IMG/VR virus record: IMGVR_UViG_3300017956_000015
Coordinates: 1-55,270 of that record
DNA length: 55,270 bases
Reading direction: 5' to 3' (one strand)
Source of the DNA: a virus
Lineage: Duplodnaviria > Caudoviricetes
Positions 51,509 to 55,270 of the stretch are shown one piece after another; within the stretch, counting starts at the first letter, position 1, and each line of letters begins with the position of its first letter. The notes beneath the pieces are model-generated. The model did no database searches, was not told the DNA's origin, and saw nothing but the letters and a program-made list of their open reading frames with translations. A program made the translations under genes and the position numbers.

Positions 51509-52146
51509 AATGTTTTATTGTATACTAGATGAAAAGTTTCTGCAACCATATCTGGACCAATGAAACTACCCCTATATTTGTTGTAGTCGATGATTGTGTT
51601 TATTTGTGCGTCTGAGAAATAGGAATCATAGCATCGCAGTGCTTGTATTTTTTTATCTACATACTTTGTGATGTCCACATAGAGATTTGCCTGAAAGTTA
51701 TTGTAGTGCAGATTGTATGGTGGTTCATCCATACACCAGAACTGCTTGAAGTTTTTCCTTGCTATGCTTCTCGCCACATCATAACAGACACGGTGATCTT
51801 GATGGTGGTCCTCACGCCAGTGCGAGATCAAGATATCGTGATCTTTTGCAATTTCTTCAGCATACGATATGAGATTGTTGTTCAGCACCAAGTTGGGCCT
51901 GCCGTTATTGTGTAAAGGTGTGTCATAGATCTGCACGTCCATTTCTAATAGTGAAGCACTTGCATCTAGTTCTCTTTCAACTATGTGCTTTGACCTTTTG
52001 ATGTTATTTTCAGCGGACGGTTTAACCAATATCAGGTTAGTGACCATTCCCCCATGTGCTTTGATTTTGGACACTAGTCCTGCGCACCCCATCTCTAAAT
52101 CATCAGGATGTGCTGTGATAATTAGGAACTTCTTATCGTAAATCAT
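51505..52146 (-). CDS. PIG-L/LmbE family N-deacetylase
   Basis: AHPDD.E.G, H...D.HQDH, YVDIT...KK..AL..Y.S, AE.F. Confidence 0.9.
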   Translation of the reverse strand: MIYDKKFLIITAHPDDLEMGCAGLVSKIKAHGGMVTNLILVKPSAENNIKRSKHIVERELDASASLLEMDVQIYDTPLHNNGRPNLVLNNNLISYAEEIAKDHDILISHWREDHHQDHRVCYDVARSIARKNFKQFWCMDEPPYNLHYNNFQANLYVDITKYVDKKIQALRCYDSYFSDAQINTIIDYNKYRGSFIGPDMVAETFHLVYNKTL

Positions 52147-52487
52147 CTCTTAAATGTCTTTGCCATGAGCAGTGAAGTCTTTGATTCCATGTCTTTTTTC
52201 AATCTAGGAACGTCAAACTTCAACTCCACTGAGCTTATCTTGATATAATTGGTCTGTATGGTCTTCTTTAGAAATCGTGCTATTTGATCTTGCTTTTTTG
52301 TTTTTAATTCTTTTTGTATGTCGTAGTGTATAGTGACGTTATTTTTGAGGATGAGATTTATATACATCAGGTACTTGACCGGCATGTTCTGGAAGTGTAA
52401 ACCATCCAGTACCTCCGGCCATTCCTTGACGAAGTCCTTCGTCAACTGTACCCAACTGCTATTCTTTGGCGGTTGTTTCTTTGGCAT
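52143..52487 (-). CDS. hypothetical protein
   Basis: MPKKQPPKN...EWPEVL......MP..YL; ATG 52487 preferred over the longer overlapping start. Confidence 0.65.
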   Translation of the reverse strand: MPKKQPPKNSSWVQLTKDFVKEWPEVLDGLHFQNMPVKYLMYINLILKNNVTIHYDIQKELKTKKQDQIARFLKKTIQTNYIKISSVELKFDVPRLKKDMESKTSLLMAKTFKR

Positions 52488-53028
52488 CTGCCTTCTTAGG
52501 TGTTGCCTTCTTCTTGGCCGCTTTAGGTTCCGTTGCTGGTGCGTCTGGGTCCTTCTGTGCCAGGTCATCCACCTTCACACCACGCTCCTTGGCTATCATC
52601 TCGTTCAACTTGTTCAACAGGATCTTTCCATCCTCTTTTGCACCATAAGTGACCATTATATCCTTGGTCTTGAACTTCTTGATGTAGTTGTCGTTGTGAA
52701 GCATCGCTAACATATTCGTCCCGTCTGGGAATGTCTGTCTGCTGGCGAAATCCGCGAACTCGTCCGCTTCCTGTCCGCCATCTGACTCGACAGCCTTCAT
52801 TAAAGAATTGTGGTATAAGTCTGGTAGGAACTTTGTACCAACTACTAGGCAGTTGTCCGCCTCACCTGGTACCGTCCTATACATTATAACAACCTTTGCC
52901 TTGGACTCGTCCGCTAACTCTCCAATGTGTTTGAAGTGTCTCTTTGGACCTGTCTGTGCGTCACCAGTCTGTCCTGTATTGTCACCCATCGGCATAGCCT
53001 GGTTGTTTACATTCATTAGTGTTGCCAT
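52459..53028 (-). CDS. hypothetical protein
   Basis: 189 aa; KHIG...VV..YRTVPGE...CLV; Lys/Ala-rich tail; AAGGA RBS. Confidence 0.72.
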   Translation of the reverse strand: MATLMNVNNQAMPMGDNTGQTGDAQTGPKRHFKHIGELADESKAKVVIMYRTVPGEADNCLVVGTKFLPDLYHNSLMKAVESDGGQEADEFADFASRQTFPDGTNMLAMLHNDNYIKKFKTKDIMVTYGAKEDGKILLNKLNEMIAKERGVKVDDLAQKDPDAPATEPKAAKKKATPKKADAKETTAKE

Positions 53029-53029
53029 T

Positions 53030-53347
53030 TTATTTTCCTTCCGCAGTCGCTGGTGCTTCCGCTTTCTTGTCTCCGGCCTGTTCTTCCTGTGGTGCCACCT
53101 TGGCCAGGAAGGCCTGTAGTTTGTTGTATAAGAATCCTACACCTGCCATCTCGTTGGCCTTGAACGCACCCCTAGTGGATGCCACGTCAAGGATGGTAGA
53201 AAGATTCTTCAAGTCGCCTATCGACAATGCAGTAGGATCCGGTTGTGGAGCCTGTTGCCCTGCTGGTGCCTGTTGCGGTTGCGCCGCCGCGGTAGGTTTG
53301 GCAGTTGTCTTGGCAGTCTTCTTCAAGTTCTTTTTCTTGGTTGCCAT
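53030..53347 (-). CDS. hypothetical protein
   Basis: 105 aa; L.I.DL.....I.DVAS.RGAF.A.EM..VG..YNKL..FL core; AGGAG RBS. Confidence 0.72.
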   Translation of the reverse strand: MATKKKNLKKTAKTTAKPTAAAQPQQAPAGQQAPQPDPTALSIGDLKNLSTILDVASTRGAFKANEMAGVGFLYNKLQAFLAKVAPQEEQAGDKKAEAPATAEGK

Positions 53348-53361
53348 TTGTTATTTTCTCC

Positions 53362-53419
53362 TATTAATCGATTAATATAATATACGTATATTATACTATA
53401 AATTAATTATGGTGTGCAA
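53362..53419 (-). promoter_or_regulatory. AT-rich intergenic region with a putative sigma70 promoter (TTGCAC-18-TATAAT) overlapping two perfect palindromes
   Basis: Minus-strand -35 TTGCAC (53419-53414) and -10 TATAAT (53395-53390); palindromes TATTAATCGATTAATA (53362-53377) and TATAATATACGTATATTATA (53376-53395). Confidence 0.55.
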
Positions 53420-53422
53420 CGG

Positions 53423-53689
53423 TTATTTTTGATAGTTCTGAGCAACACCACTAAGAGCAAAAAGTGTAAGGTCACCGGGTTGTTCGAAACCTAGTACAGT
53501 GACTGATCTTGATGTGTCATTTTGGAAAATTACATCTTTGGTTATAGAAAACCTGCCATGGCAGTTTTCATAAATCCATTTACGCATTTTTTCCACATCA
53601 GCCTCGTGTGCCTTTACCACAGTGTTCACAAAGTGTGGTGGTAATATATCAAGTTCTCTTTTGAAGAAATTATTTGGATTTATCTTCAT
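53423..53689 (-). CDS. hypothetical protein
   Basis: MKINPNNFF.REL...PPHF...WIY.N..GRF...GFE...DLT.F; ATG 53689 overlaps the upstream TGA. Confidence 0.65.
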   Translation of the reverse strand: MKINPNNFFKRELDILPPHFVNTVVKAHEADVEKMRKWIYENCHGRFSITKDVIFQNDTSRSVTVLGFEQPGDLTLFALSGVAQNYQK

Positions 53690-54063
53690 CAAGCACCCCA
53701 AACATCGTCATACATTGGTGGTTCTTGTTTGTCTGGTTTCATTGTGTGTCTTTTGCCATGAAACTGTTTAAATGTATAATATGATGCAAATATGATCGCC
53801 ACGTGACCTGTAAACAAACCTAACCATATTCCAGTTTGCATTGTTCCCCATATGTAAATGGTAAAAGCGGTAGACCAAACGAAACTCAAAGTCAATAGTA
53901 TTTGTAGTCGTACAGTTTTTGGCAACGCACGGAAATCATTTTTACTATCGTCAAACAGAATCGTTGCGGTATCGATTATCCAGTTTCTTAGGCATTTGAC
54001 TTTTTCAAGTTTACCCGAGTATGGGTTCGTGTTTGGAAAGAGCATCATGTCAGATAACTCCAT
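53689..54063 (-). CDS. hypothetical membrane protein
   Basis: 124 aa with two hydrophobic segments (LQILLTLSFVWSTAFTIYIW; IWLGLFTGHVAIIFASYYTF). Confidence 0.62.
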   Translation of the reverse strand: MELSDMMLFPNTNPYSGKLEKVKCLRNWIIDTATILFDDSKNDFRALPKTVRLQILLTLSFVWSTAFTIYIWGTMQTGIWLGLFTGHVAIIFASYYTFKQFHGKRHTMKPDKQEPPMYDDVWGA

Positions 54064-54170
54064 AGTGCTATGATCAATAAGCCAAAACTTAATATAGATA
54101 TGGAAACTTCATTCAAGAACCAGTCCTTAAATGTTTCCCATAATAAAGATATTAATTGTCTGTTAATCAT
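54045..54170 (-). CDS. 41-aa putative single-pass membrane microprotein (not in the ORF track)
   Basis: MINRQLISLLWETFKDWFLNEVSISILSFGLLIIALWSYLT; fills the gap and overlaps both neighbouring genes. Confidence 0.5.
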   Translation of the reverse strand: MINRQLISLLWETFKDWFLNEVSISILSFGLLIIALWSYLT

Positions 54171-55269
54171 TGTATTGCACTGTCATTCCGAAAGGAGCCT
54201 CTATGTCTCTTTCGTATGGATTGTTGATTAAGAATATAGTGTCGCAATAGTCCTCGTCACCCCAACTGTCAAATGGCCAACCATCTGTGAACATCACGAA
54301 CTTCTTGGGCTCTATGCCGTTGTCTTTCATATATTTCCAGTTGCATTCGAACTCTGTACCACCACCTGAACCAAGTTTGTAGTCTAACAACTCATCTGCG
54401 TTGTCGGGTGTAAACACCACCGGGTTGAATACTTCCGTGTCAAAACTCCAAAGATGTATCCTGAAATCCTTGTATTGGTCCATAATGTTTTTGACTTCTG
54501 TCAGGAACTCCTTACACTGTTCGTTGCTGATTGAACCACTGGCATCAAGTGCCAAGCATATGTCGATCATCTCGTCGTTGTTCTGCCCCGGCAGTATGGC
54601 AGAAGTGTGCCAACTCTTCCTGCTGGGTCTCATCCAAGTGTAGTCACTTTTAATAGTGCTCATTATCTGTTGTTGCAAGATCTCTCTCCAGTCCATCTTG
54701 GGCTCTGTAAGGTCCTTGACCAGTCTCTGTAAGGCACCTGGTAGGTTACTGGCACCTGTTGATTGTGCGGCACTCACCATTGCTTCTTTTACTTCATCTC
54801 TAATCTTCTTAAGTTCTTCTTTGGTGTACACAGGCTTGCCACTCTTGCCACCTTTTTTATCATCTCCTTTGCCATCACCTGCGCCTTCGTCCTTGCCCCA
54901 CTCCTGGTGGTCGTCCATCAGTTCACCAAGTTTCTCTAAAAACTTCTTGCCATTCTTCTTGGCCTGTTTGAACAAGTCATCGTAAATTCTCTCTGACGCC
55001 CAGTCCTTGTACTTGTCATCCTGGAAGCCTTTGTTCTCACCTTTTGCGCCTTTGGGCATCTCACCGATATTTGAATCTTTCAATATCTGGTTCACGGCAT
55101 AGTCCGCCGCTATGTTCCAAAGTTGTGGATCCCTGTCACCAATTCTTACAAGCATATGTTCGAACACGTTGTGAAGTACCTCGTGTCCAAACAAGAACTC
55201 TGCTTCTCTAGGGTTTAGGCTGTCTATGAATTTGGTGTTGTAGAAGAAGTGTCTACCATCTGTGCCCGC
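54163..55269 (-). CDS. DUF2201-type putative metallopeptidase + VWA domain protein (5' end outside the window)
   Basis: Frame is open to the window edge (AGTDGRHFFYN..F...L...E..FLFGHEVLH); HExxH; WN.A.DYAVN; C-terminal MIDAS DASGS...GGGT.F...FTDG. Confidence 0.85.
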   Translation of the reverse strand, partial: AGTDGRHFFYNTKFIDSLNPREAEFLFGHEVLHNVFEHMLVRIGDRDPQLWNIAADYAVNQILKDSNIGEMPKGAKGENKGFQDDKYKDWASERIYDDLFKQAKKNGKKFLEKLGELMDDHQEWGKDEGAGDGKGDDKKGGKSGKPVYTKEELKKIRDEVKEAMVSAAQSTGASNLPGALQRLVKDLTEPKMDWREILQQQIMSTIKSDYTWMRPSRKSWHTSAILPGQNNDEMIDICLALDASGSISNEQCKEFLTEVKNIMDQYKDFRIHLWSFDTEVFNPVVFTPDNADELLDYKLGSGGGTEFECNWKYMKDNGIEPKKFVMFTDGWPFDSWGDEDYCDTIFLINNPYERDIEAPFGMTVQYND

Positions 55270-55270
55270 A

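Noticed and set aside
50706-54985. Plus-strand ORFs opposite the minus-strand block
   Set aside because: Shadows of motif-bearing minus-strand genes.
1-55270. CRISPR arrays, tRNA/rRNA genes, integrase/transposase, diversity-generating retroelement
   Set aside because: Intergenic gaps are almost all under 80 nt; no spaced repeats, cloverleafs, recombinase or reverse transcriptase motifs were seen by eye.

Overview
This window is a ~55 kb segment of a large contractile-tailed (myovirus-type) dsDNA phage genome in the standard genetic code. The host cannot be determined from the sequence. Positions 1-22077 are a baseplate/tail module: a gp5-like spike/hub with a C-terminal S74-type chaperone, gp25-like and gp6-like wedge proteins, a 4203-aa giant virion protein, and tail-fibre-like proteins, several of them preceded by T4-late-type TAAATA boxes. 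Two large tailoring-enzyme cassettes follow, each placed directly after a fibre gene plus a structural gene and each opened by a near-consensus sigma70 promoter. Cassette A (22133-32585) encodes glycosyltransferase-like proteins, methyltransferases, a nitroreductase, a desaturase, five 2OG-Fe(II)/AspH-type oxygenases and an SGNH-like protein. Cassette B (35227-52146) encodes four glycosyltransferase-like proteins, five tandem radical SAM enzymes with N-terminal SPASM/twitch-like domains, a carbamoyltransferase, a DegT aminotransferase, and, on the convergent strand, an NAD-dependent epimerase and a PIG-L deacetylase. The right end is a minus-strand block of hypothetical genes and a DUF2201-like metallopeptidase/VWA gene. 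The most striking unexplained signal is about 20 copies of D-[G/D]-S-T scattered through the giant virion protein, together with Ser/Thr/Gly tails ending in GY on two baseplate proteins. With the enzyme cassettes, this suggests (inference only) a phage-encoded virion glycosylation/post-translational modification system. All calls come from reading motifs by eye; no database searches were run.
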